Of a stretch of DNA of 64,000 bases, positions 35,417 through 44,900 are shown in pieces. A program made the translations under genes and the position numbers. How positions within the stretch are numbered: the stretch's first letter is position 1; every line of letters begins with the position of its first letter. The notes beneath the pieces are model-generated. The model saw only the letters and a program-made list of their open reading frames with translations, did not search any database and was not told the origin of the DNA. Source of the stretch: Muribaculaceae bacterium. Lineage in GTDB: Bacteria > Bacteroidota > Bacteroidia > Bacteroidales > Muribaculaceae. Location: assembly GCA_045656705.1 (NCBI GenBank), contig JAZORR010000013.1:19401-83400 (forward strand), read 5' to 3'.

Positions 35417-38131
35417 ATGAAGAAAGTATTATTTTCTTTGTTGAGCGCATCGGCATTGTTGTGTTCAACTTCTTGTGCCGACGAAGCAATCGCTCCTGCT
35501 GGCGAAGGCGAAGCAATGGTGAATTTCACCGTGCAATTGAATGATGGCAACGCAAGCCGTGCCATTAGTGATGGTCTTAAAGCTACACAACTTTTCTACG
35601 AAGTGTATGCTTACGACAAAGATGGTGCAAAACCTACTGCGATTGACAAGGTTACCACTATGGTAGAGAAAAATGGAAAATTAACTGCTGAAGTTGGTTT
35701 CCCTCTTGTAAAAGGTCAAAAGTATGACATTGTATTTTGGGCTCAAAAGGAAGGTGCTTATGTGACTGACGTGGCTGATAAATTGACAACAATCAACATG
35801 TTTAAGTCTGAGAATGGTGAGCAAATTCTTGCTAAAGCCAATGACGACGATCGCGATGCATTTACTGCTGTTTTCTCTATCGAAAAGGTACAAGGTGCTC
35901 AAAGCCATGTTGTAGAATTGACTCGTCCTTTTGCTCAAGTTAACTTCGCTACTACTACTACCGATATCGCTGAAGCTTTCAATGCAGGTCTTAACTTGGA
36001 AGGTAAGCAATCTAAAGTGTTGGTTAAGAATGTAGCTACACAATACAATGCTTTGACAAAGGCTGCTACAGGCAATCAAGATGTATACACTACATTTGAT
36101 TGGAATATAGTGCCAGCAAATGAAACTTTGTTGACAAAAACACAAGGCACAGAAACTGTTGAAGACGATGTAACTTATAATTATCTTGCTACTGCTTATG
36201 TGCTTGTTCCTGGAGATGATAAACAAAGTCTTGCTGACCTTGAAATGACTATCACTACTGGTCTTAACCAAGATATCACTGTTAAGGTTCCTGCTGCTCC
36301 AGTACAACGCAACTACCGTACTAATGTGCTTGGTAACCTATTGACTAACCAAACTGACTTCACTGTAGAAATCGATGCTGATTTCGATGGCGACCTTCCA
36401 AGTGCAGAAGTTGTTGCTACAGCAGAAAAATTCCTTGCAGCTGTTGAAAATGTAGAAGATGGTGGTATTATCAAACTTGATTCAGATATTTCATTCACAA
36501 CAACAGATCGTACCCACAATTCAGGAACATGGTATGACGGTTTGTACTATGTTGGCGATAAGAGCTTCACTATTGACTTAGGTGGCAAAACTATTGACAA
36601 CGCAAATGGTGCAGTAAATGACTATTTGCTTAACTTCAAGAATGACGGGGCTGAACCTAATACAATCACTATCAAGAATGGTACTCTTGATGCTGGTACT
36701 GCTGCATTCTGCGCTATTTGCACATCAAGTACAAGCACTCAAAAGATCACCATCAATTTGGAAAATGTAAATGTTATCAACAATATGAGCAATGGTTCTA
36801 CTATCAAGATGAGAGGTGAATCTGTGTTGAATGTAAAAGCTGGTACTAAGATTACAGGTAAGAATAGTTACTTAGGTATCGAAAACTGGAAATCAACTGT
36901 TAATATCTACGAAGGTGCTGAGATTTATATGAATGGTACTTCAAGCTACAACGGTTGTTTAGTAGGTGTTGGTGGAAATGGTACTGTCAATGTATATGGT
37001 GGCTATGGTGAAGGTGTGAAAGGTGGTTTCATCGCTATGACATCAGGTGGTACTATCAATGTATCAGGTGGTAAATGGATTGCTAATACTGATGGCACTG
37101 TTGGTAACAATAGTAACCTATATGTTCTGACAGCTCAAAACAATAAATATGAAAGTGGATATGCAGGTGCATCTATCATTAATGTAACTGGTGGTACATT
37201 CCGTGGTGGTATGGATGCTTGGATTTTGAATGATGTAAAAGTAGAAAAAGCTGAACTTAACATCAGCGGTGGTAACTTCAACGCAAATCCATCTTCTTAT
37301 GTTGAAGAAGGCTATGCTGCAGTAGAAGCTAATGGCATTTGGACTGTAGCTGAAGTAACAACTGCTAATAACGCAGAAGAATTAGCAACAGCAATTGCTA
37401 ATGGTGGTCTAATTTCTTTAGCTAACGATATTAATATCAGCGAAGTTATTAATATTCCTGCTGGTACAACTGCTAATATCATTCTTAATGGCAATATCAC
37501 TGCTAAAGAAACCGATGGTTTTGTCGTAAATGCTGGTGGTAATTTAACTATTAGCGGTAACGGTAAGGTTACTTCAAATGGTGCTCCTATTCGTGCTATC
37601 GGTGGTAAAATAGTAGTAGAAGGTGGTGAATTCACTCAAACTGGCGCTTTTAATACCACTATATCAACATATCGTTATAGTTTAGATAGCCGCGAAGGTG
37701 GTGAAATCATTGTAAAAGGTGGTACATTCAAGACCAATAATGGTATGATTAATGTATCAGCTAATTCATCAGTTGTTATCGAAGGTGGTAATTTTTTGTT
37801 TGACAATAATACAACAGGTACTCGTCACTTCGCATACATTTCAGGAACTCTTACCATCAAAGATGGAGAATTCAAAGGCATTGCAGATGGAGATGCTGGT
37901 GGTGAATTTTTCTGTGGAGCAGGAGCAAATGGTAAGGTTATCGTAGATGGTGGTAAATTTACAAGTTTGTGGACATCTGGAGCTAAGAACAATATTTGGT
38001 CTTCATACGCATCTGGTTCTTCTATCGAAATTAATGGTGGTATTTTCAATCACAACGGAGGTATTTCAGCTCAAGTAAAAGAAAATACTGATGCAGCAAC
38101 AAAGGATGCTTATCCTTATATGGCAAAGTAA
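35417..38131 (+). CDS. Lipoprotein with fimbrillin (type V pilin, FimA/Mfa-like) N-terminal region fused to a ~600-aa parallel beta-helix repeat region
   Basis: 904 aa. Lipobox ALLCSTSC. Arg48 (GNASR/A) sits where type V pilins are matured. Pilin-like strings ANDDDRDAF, VELTRPFAQVNF. The C-terminal part has a recurring GG-x-F turn motif (VSGGKW, VTGGTFRGG, ISGGNFNAN, VEGGEFTQTG, VKGGTFKTNNG, IEGGNFLF, VDGGKFTS, INGGIFNHNGG). No T9SS tail. Confidence 0.55.
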   Translation: MKKVLFSLLSASALLCSTSCADEAIAPAGEGEAMVNFTVQLNDGNASRAISDGLKATQLFYEVYAYDKDGAKPTAIDKVTTMVEKNGKLTAEVGFPLVKGQKYDIVFWAQKEGAYVTDVADKLTTINMFKSENGEQILAKANDDDRDAFTAVFSIEKVQGAQSHVVELTRPFAQVNFATTTTDIAEAFNAGLNLEGKQSKVLVKNVATQYNALTKAATGNQDVYTTFDWNIVPANETLLTKTQGTETVEDDVTYNYLATAYVLVPGDDKQSLADLEMTITTGLNQDITVKVPAAPVQRNYRTNVLGNLLTNQTDFTVEIDADFDGDLPSAEVVATAEKFLAAVENVEDGGIIKLDSDISFTTTDRTHNSGTWYDGLYYVGDKSFTIDLGGKTIDNANGAVNDYLLNFKNDGAEPNTITIKNGTLDAGTAAFCAICTSSTSTQKITINLENVNVINNMSNGSTIKMRGESVLNVKAGTKITGKNSYLGIENWKSTVNIYEGAEIYMNGTSSYNGCLVGVGGNGTVNVYGGYGEGVKGGFIAMTSGGTINVSGGKWIANTDGTVGNNSNLYVLTAQNNKYESGYAGASIINVTGGTFRGGMDAWILNDVKVEKAELNISGGNFNANPSSYVEEGYAAVEANGIWTVAEVTTANNAEELATAIANGGLISLANDINISEVINIPAGTTANIILNGNITAKETDGFVVNAGGNLTISGNGKVTSNGAPIRAIGGKIVVEGGEFTQTGAFNTTISTYRYSLDSREGGEIIVKGGTFKTNNGMINVSANSSVVIEGGNFLFDNNTTGTRHFAYISGTLTIKDGEFKGIADGDAGGEFFCGAGANGKVIVDGGKFTSLWTSGAKNNIWSSYASGSSIEINGGIFNHNGGISAQVKENTDAATKDAYPYMAK

Positions 38132-38254
38132 TTTAATCGAAACCATTTAGGCTGAATGAATAATTATAGGCTTAGGGGGCTTGGTTGTCCCCTAAGCCAC
38201 CAAAATCTTCCAATTGGGAGTATTTGCGTGAAGGTTGTTTAAAAAAAGTTGTTT

Positions 38255-38287
38255 GGGCTGTTCCATTTTTATGGTTCAGCCCTTTTT
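38255..38287 (+). terminator. Candidate terminator after the pilin-like gene
   Basis: gggctg...cagccc stem (interrupted) followed by TTTTT. A second perfect hairpin, ggcttagggg/cccctaagcc, is at 38169-38198. Confidence 0.45.
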
Positions 38288-38669
38288 GTGTGTAGACAAA
38301 CCTCGCAGAGGTTTTTCAGTGGAAGCCCTATGATGAGCGAGAGCGAATCTTAGGGAAGGATAAAGATTTATACCATACATCAACCTCGACGAGGTTGCAC
38401 TCAATGTATTTTATGCTGGGCTTACAGCACGACTTCTATAGGTGGTATCGCTACCCGGCGTGATGCTTCGCTCTGCACCGGACTATTTTAGTTCTCGCCT
38501 TCGGCGAGTGTTTCGGTACAGAAGAACATTTTTAAATTTAGAACACAAAGACATCAGATACATAAGTTTTTTTGACCGTGCGAATGGTATAAGATAATAA
38601 GATAATAAAAAGGACACACTGCATAGTGCGTCCATTGATGAAATAATACCTTTCACTGTCTGCTAAATG

Positions 38670-39626
38670 CTATTCGAGGCCTTCCAAGATGCGTTTCAGC
38701 ACTACTTGTGCCGAGATTTCACGATTGGCAGCCTCGGGGATTACGATAGATTGTGGGCTTTCTATCACATCGTCGCTCACAATCATATTGCGGCGCACTG
38801 GCAAGCAGTGCATAAAGAATGCGTTGTTGGTGAGTGCCATCTTCTCGGTGGTGATGGTCCACGACATATCTTTGCTGAGGATTTCGCCGTAGTGAGGATC
38901 GGCGTAGGCACTCCAGTTTTTCGCATACACGAAGTCGGCACCTTCGAGAGCCTTATCTTGGTCGTATTCTATGCGTGCTTTGCCTGCAAACTTCTCGTCG
39001 AGTTCGTATCCCTTAGGGTGAGTAATCACGAAATCGTAGTCGGTGGCATTCATCCATTGTGCGAAAGAATTTGGCACAGCCTGTGGCAGAGCCTTAGGGT
39101 GAGGAGCCCAAGTGAGCACCACCTTAGGGCGTTCCACCTTCTTAAATTCTTCGATAGTGATGAGGTCGGCAAACGATTGGAGTGGATGCACAGTGGCAGT
39201 TTCCATAGCAAACACTGGTTTACCCGAATATTGAATGAATTGCTGAAGGATTTTCTCTTCGTAATCGTCGAGTTTGTTCTCGAAACGAGCAAACGAACGC
39301 ACGCCTATCACATCGCAATAGCTACCCATCACAGGGATGGCTTCGAGCAAGTGTTCGCTCTTGTCGCTATCCATTATCACGCCGCGTTCGGTTTCGAGTT
39401 TCCAGGCACCTTGATTCACATCGAGCACTATCACATTCATACCAAGGTTCATAGCAGCCTTTTGAGTGCTTAGGCGAGTGCGTAGCGATGAGTTGAAAAA
39501 CACCATCAAGAGAGTTTTGTTTTCACCCAAATGTTTATACGCAAATCGATTAGCCTTCACTTCGAGGGCTTCTTTCACAGCGGCTTTCAAGTCGCCTATA
39601 TCTTCTACATTTACAAATGTTCTCAT
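38670..39626 (-). CDS. argF: N-acyl-ornithine (N-succinyl/N-acetyl) carbamoyltransferase, Bacteroidetes argF-prime type
   Basis: 318 aa. Carbamoyl-phosphate motif SLRTRLS and C-terminal HCLPVRRN. The overall layout matches the acyl-ornithine transcarbamylases described in Bacteroides and Xanthomonas. Substrate specificity is not determinable by eye. Confidence 0.7.
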   Translation of the reverse strand: MRTFVNVEDIGDLKAAVKEALEVKANRFAYKHLGENKTLLMVFFNSSLRTRLSTQKAAMNLGMNVIVLDVNQGAWKLETERGVIMDSDKSEHLLEAIPVMGSYCDVIGVRSFARFENKLDDYEEKILQQFIQYSGKPVFAMETATVHPLQSFADLITIEEFKKVERPKVVLTWAPHPKALPQAVPNSFAQWMNATDYDFVITHPKGYELDEKFAGKARIEYDQDKALEGADFVYAKNWSAYADPHYGEILSKDMSWTITTEKMALTNNAFFMHCLPVRRNMIVSDDVIESPQSIVIPEAANREISAQVVLKRILEGLE

Positions 39627-39819
39627 TGTATGATTCTATCTTTAAAAATTTTGAAAGTACCAAGTTACAATATTTTCTTGTAATATCATCTATTTCTGCG
39701 TAAAAATTCAACAAAATGGCAAATTTTCACCTTTTTATTCTATAATAATACAAAAAGATTGGTTGTGGCAAATGAATGACACAACCATTAGATTTCATTT
39801 TCAGTAAGTAGGTGTTTTT

Positions 39820-39966
39820 TTACTTAAAAGTCCACTTTACGGCAACTGTTGGGTTCCAATACCAACCATTATTGAGTGCGAAATTAGAAGAGATTTCCCA
39901 TTCAGTACCCACGCTTAGGTTGAAATCCTTATCAATGCCATTGAAGGATGCGGAAGCAGTGAGCAT
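39820..39966 (-). pseudogene. Possible 3' remnant of an outer-membrane beta-barrel gene (48 codons)
   Basis: The rc reads MLTASASFNGIDKDFNLSVGTEWEISSNFALNNGWYWNPTVAVKWTFK-stop. Alternating beta-strand pattern with an aromatic-rich C-terminus. Isolated in a 410-bp gap. Confidence 0.25.
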
Positions 39967-40038
39967 AAAATAAGGGAATTATATACCTACCGAAAATGTG
40001 TATATAATTCCCTTAAACTTTATCGATTACTTATCGGA

Positions 40039-41016
40039 TTACTTCTGGAACATCTCCTTGATAGAGCCGATAGAGCTAAGCACGCCTGTGGCTTCGTAAG
40101 GGATGTAGACAGTCTTGCCGTCCTTGCCCGATGTCATCTCATTGAGAGTCTCGATATACTTCATAGCAAGCATATAGGTAGCAGGATCGGTTTTTGATTC
40201 CTTGATGGCCTCAGCCACGCGACGGATGGCTTCGGCTTCAGCCTCGGCTTGTAACACCTTTGCACGCGATTCACCTTCGGCCTTTAGGATTTGTGATTGC
40301 TTTTCGGCCTCTGCTTGGTTGATTTGCGATTGCTTTTCACCTTCCGAACGAAGAATGAGCGACTTCTTTTCACCTTCAGCATTCAAGATTTCGGCACGAC
40401 GATTACGCTCGGCTTGCATTTGCTTTTCCATAGCCTCACGCACACTTTCGGGAGGAGTGATGTCTTGCAATTCCACACGATTCACCTTTACACCCCACTT
40501 ATTTGTAGCCTCGTCGAGGATGGCCTGAAGTTTAGAATTGATAGTATCGCGAGAAGTGAGAGTTTCGTCGAGTTCGAGTTCGCCAATCACATTACGAAGC
40601 GAAGTTTGAGTAAGTTTCTCGATAGCGTTAGGAAGGTTATCGATTTCGTATACCGACTTCTTTGGGTCCACGATTTGGAAATAAAGAAGAGCATTGATTT
40701 CGGTAGTAACGTTGTCTTTAGTAATCACTTGTTGTGAAGGGAAATCATATACTTGTTCGCGCAAATCGATTACCGAAGTAGATACGATGCTTGCCACAGG
40801 ACGGCGACCAGCGAAATTATCCACACGGCGAGTATAAATCATCTTTGGCTTATCGATAAAAGGCCAAATGATATTCAATCCTGGAGGCAACACACTATGA
40901 AATCGTCCAAGGCGTTCTATCACACGAGTTTCACTTTGTGGCACTACTTTCACACCTGCCACCACCAATACCACTGCTATCAACACTAAGATAGCCAACA
41001 ATACGAATGTGTCCAT
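40039..41016 (-). CDS. SPFH/band-7 (stomatin/slipin-like) membrane protein
   Basis: 325 aa. N-terminal TM helix, SPFH core, and a C-terminal Ala/Glu-rich coiled coil (QINQAEAEKQSQILKAEGESRAKVLQAEAEAEA). Confidence 0.85.
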   Translation of the reverse strand: MDTFVLLAILVLIAVVLVVAGVKVVPQSETRVIERLGRFHSVLPPGLNIIWPFIDKPKMIYTRRVDNFAGRRPVASIVSTSVIDLREQVYDFPSQQVITKDNVTTEINALLYFQIVDPKKSVYEIDNLPNAIEKLTQTSLRNVIGELELDETLTSRDTINSKLQAILDEATNKWGVKVNRVELQDITPPESVREAMEKQMQAERNRRAEILNAEGEKKSLILRSEGEKQSQINQAEAEKQSQILKAEGESRAKVLQAEAEAEAIRRVAEAIKESKTDPATYMLAMKYIETLNEMTSGKDGKTVYIPYEATGVLSSIGSIKEMFQK

Positions 41017-41039
41017 TTTTCAAAAATTATTTAAGGGTT

Positions 41040-41483
41040 TTACAATTGTTCTACTTCAAGAATGATACTATCATATCCTACTATACGCACACGCTCACCA
41101 GCAAATACTTCAGAGCCATCGGTGGTGCGTGCCTGCCAACGGTCGCCATCTACACGCACTCGGCCTGTGCCATGTGCAGGAATGCTTTCAATCACTTCCA
41201 CCACACGACCTTTGAGTGCATCCATATTGCTGAGTGCTGCATCGCCACCTTTTTCGGATCTACGCTTTTGCCAACGCTTCACAGCCGGTGCAAATAGCAC
41301 AAAAGCCACCACAGTGCCCACAGCAAGGGCAAGTAACTGCATTTCGATGCTTGCACCACATAGTGTAGCCACCATAGCACACAAACTTCCTACTGCCATA
41401 CAAAATGTAGCCACGATGAATGTGAAGAGTTCCACCACCACGAGCAGGGCTGTAATAATGAGCCAAATCAACCAGTTTTCCAT
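41040..41483 (-). CDS. NfeD-family membrane protein (partner of the SPFH protein)
   Basis: 147 aa. Three N-terminal TM helices and a C-terminal OB-like domain GRVVEVIESIPAHGTGRVRVDGDRWQART. Lies directly upstream of the SPFH gene. Confidence 0.8.
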   Translation of the reverse strand: MENWLIWLIITALLVVVELFTFIVATFCMAVGSLCAMVATLCGASIEMQLLALAVGTVVAFVLFAPAVKRWQKRRSEKGGDAALSNMDALKGRVVEVIESIPAHGTGRVRVDGDRWQARTTDGSEVFAGERVRIVGYDSIILEVEQL

Positions 41484-41704
41484 AATTTTTTCCTTTCTGT
41501 CTTAAATTCTCTATAAGAATATTGTTTCGTTTGAAATAGTTTTGTACTTTCGTCACCACTTTGCGTGTGCGAAATGTAATGTGTAAGTTTTCAATACAAA
41601 TATAACTATTTTTAAGCAAAAATCAAACCTACAAATAAGATTTCGTAGCATTTAAGTAAATTTTACCCAACTCACAGAATTTTTCACCAAAATCACCTAT
41701 TATT

Positions 41705-41860
41705 ATGGCAGATAACTACCTCGAAAATCAATATGAAGAATATCTAAAGCAGAAAGCAGCAAAAGAAAACGCCAAGCGCATAGCCTGGCGTAAACGATTG
41801 CAAGCCTACAAAGAAAAGCTTGCTAAAGAGAAAGAAAACCAAACCGAAAAGAAAGATTAG
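41705..41860 (+). CDS. Small Lys/Glu-rich hypothetical protein (51 aa)
   Basis: Below the track's size cut-off. ATG 41705 gives MADNYLENQYEEYLKQKAAKENAKRIAWRKRLQAYKEKLAKEKENQTEKKD, then TAG at 41858-41860. A strong hairpin follows. Confidence 0.4.
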   Translation: MADNYLENQYEEYLKQKAAKENAKRIAWRKRLQAYKEKLAKEKENQTEKKD

Positions 41861-41884
41861 CGTTAAACTACCTTCTCAATATAA

Positions 41885-41922
41885 AATGAGGGTTGTGCAT
41901 TTTGTTTTGCACAACCCTCATT
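41885..41922. terminator. Bidirectional terminator between the convergent 41705 ORF and the giant protease gene
   Basis: aatgagggttgtgca / tgcacaaccctcatt form a perfect 15-bp stem with loop ttttgttt. Confidence 0.75.
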
Positions 41923-41964
41923 CATTAGGGAGTAATAAGTAACATCACGCTACTCATCAAAGTA

Positions 41965-44900
41965 TTACTTCTTAACTACGTGGAATGTAGCCACACCATC
42001 TTCAGTAACCACTTGCAAGATGTAAACACCTTCAGCAAGTTCAGCCACGTTGATAGCCTTAGCTACACCTTGAGTAGATGCTTCAAGTGAGCTATAAACC
42101 TTAGCACCATTAGCCGCATAGATTGTGTAAGATGTTTCCTTAGCAGAGAAGTCGCAAGTTACAAACAATGTTTCGGCTACTGGATTAGGATATACCTCAA
42201 CCTTTGCATTCAAGCTATTTTCGTCGATACCTGTAGAAGTTGTAGATACAATCACCTTGAATGTGTTGCTTGAAGAAGCACCATTGCTATCAGTAGCCAC
42301 TACAGTCACTTCCACTTCGCCCACTGCAGTACCGACGAAAATCACACCGTTTGCAGTAGTAAACGCAGTGACTACGCCTGAATTAGATAGAGACATAGAG
42401 TAAGTCATCTTATCGCCATCAGGATCAGCAAACAAGTTTTCGTAAGAAATTATAGGAGAAGCAGCGTCAAGAGACAATTCAATGTCCTTCATAGCCACCG
42501 CTTCAGGAGCACGATTCACGTGTTCTACTTCGTAGTTGACAAGAGCTTGAGCTTCATTGTTGTATACGTCGATAGCACTCAAAGAGAAAGCATACTTGCC
42601 AGCATCGCCATAAGCAGGAGCAATAGCCACTTCCACATTCACACCAGCAGGAGCATTCTTCACTGTGATAGTACCATCTTCGGCAGTAGTCACCTCAGCA
42701 GTAGCATCGATAGCAGTAACCGCCTTCACACTTGCCAATTGAGCAGGAGAACTAAATATCAAAGTAAAGTCGTCGGCATCCTCATCCACAACAGCGATGT
42801 TCACGCTTGTGGTTTCAGCTTCCTTAGCATAAACAGTTTCAGCAGGAGCATTGATAGTAGGAGCACCATTCTTATCAAGGTAGATAGGGAAGTTGATAAT
42901 AGGTTGAGTAGGATCGCTTGTCTTGATTACAAGAACAGCCTTGTTACCCTTCACAAGAGGAGCAGCTGCTGCATTAATTTGCACCTTCAATTCCACTGAA
43001 CTTGCAGGAGCATCGTTAGTGCTCAACGGACCAACAACAGCACCGCCGCCTACGCCTGGATCACCACCTTGGTTTTCACCTCCTTCGGCAGGAGCTTCAA
43101 GCACACCAATCTTTTCTTCGTTCAATAGTCTCACCCAAGCATCACCTGCCACTGTTTCAAGACAAGATAGAATGTGACCTAAAGAACCATATTGGTCTTT
43201 GAACAAAGCAGCAAGGTCGAACCATCCGTAACCTTCGACATAAGCCATATAACGGTTAGAAACAACCGATTCTTCCTTATAACATACAAATCCAGGATAT
43301 TCTACACCTACAGGATAAGAAACGATTACATGGAATTCTTCGTTAGGATTCATATACACAGCCTTGTCAAGAGGTACAATAATAAATCGTCCACCTTCCA
43401 TTTCGTCGATGTGGAATGTTCCCTTACCCACAACAACACCTGTAGTTGGGTCGGCAGAATCACCACCTCTCACCACTTCTACTACGATATCCACATTCTT
43501 AAGATCAGCCACATAAGCAGCAGTGTAGATATGTGAAATATTGAAACCTTCGGCAGGAGCTACGAAAGCAGTTGCAATCTTATACTCGTTGTAAGTATTA
43601 CCTGCACCATATTGGTGAGCAGTAGTGTTACCTGGCATTGCAGGATAGAACAAAGCATTGTTATGTTCAAAGTCTTGAGGAGTATCATAAGTGTTGGTGC
43701 TTGTAGCCATTGGCTCGATTTCGCTCTTAATCTTAGCACGAAGCAAAGATGTATTAGCTACCGACATAGGATTGATAGCAACCTTCTTGTCCATTGGAGC
43801 GATACCACCACCTTGATCTTCACTACCTTGTTCGCCAACACCGGTTGGATCCATACGAAGTTCGTAAGTCATCTTATACTGACCAGCATTGCTCAATGTC
43901 ACAGTTTCGATGCTTGAGTGGTTTTCGGCAGCATTTTCCACACGAATTTCCGACTTATCAAGCACTGCATAAGGAGCTTGAGTGACAATGAAACGCACAT
44001 TCACCACAGCTACATCACTTTCGTTGTAGTAGAAAGTCAAAGGCACATCGTAAGTGCCAGGAGTGTAGGCAGTAGTATAGTCAATCATTGGAATAGTGAA
44101 ATAAGTACCATTATTATCCACTGTCACAGGAGTGTAATCAAAGTATTGACTCCAAGCATAATTGCCTGTAGGTTCACCTGTGATCCAATCCAATTCAGGA
44201 GCATAATAATAAGTGCTAAATATAGGTGTGTACATATCAAACCATTCGTCGTAGATAGAAGGACCACCATTCACCACATTAGTAATAGTAAATGCAGCAG
44301 TACCATGGTTTTCAATCTTGATAGCAGCTTCGTACATAGCACCCATACCTGTCACACCACCATTAGGAAGGTCTTCACGGTATCCGTCGTACGAACCGAT
44401 AATACGTTCCACTACGATAGTGTCGGTTGGGAACACAGGCTTAGCCACACCCACGATATTCAATTCGATAGGTATTTCCACCTTTTCCTTGCTTGGTACA
44501 TTAGAATTGATAGTGATATTGCTATTGTAAACACCAGCAAGTTTGTCGGTCTTCACATCGATATCGATAGTGCGATTAGCACCAGCAGGAACAGTAACAT
44601 CCACCACAGGAGTGAATTCTACAGCGTTACCAAATTGTACATATCGTTCAGGTATCTTCACGCCCACAGAGCCATTTTCGTTAGAAATACCTGCAAGACC
44701 GAAGATGCTAAAAATCACAGCATACTCGCCGTAAGACTTATATTGGAACTTGAACGAACCGTCCTTGCTCATAATCAATTGATAGCAAACACCCATATTC
44801 ATAGTGTTACCATATTCCATCCAAGAGATGATAGCTTGGTCGTCGGTAACATAGTGATAAGTACCAGCAGTCTTGCTTTGGTCCATAGTGTGCAATCCCC

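Noticed and set aside
38326-38355. Hammerhead-ribozyme-like string ccctaTGATGAGcgagagcgAATCttaggg.
   Set aside because: The conserved CUGAUGA...GAAA core is not met: UGAUGAG is preceded by A, and GAAUC replaces GAAAC. Stem II would be only 2 bp. This is most likely chance within a hairpin-rich repeat.
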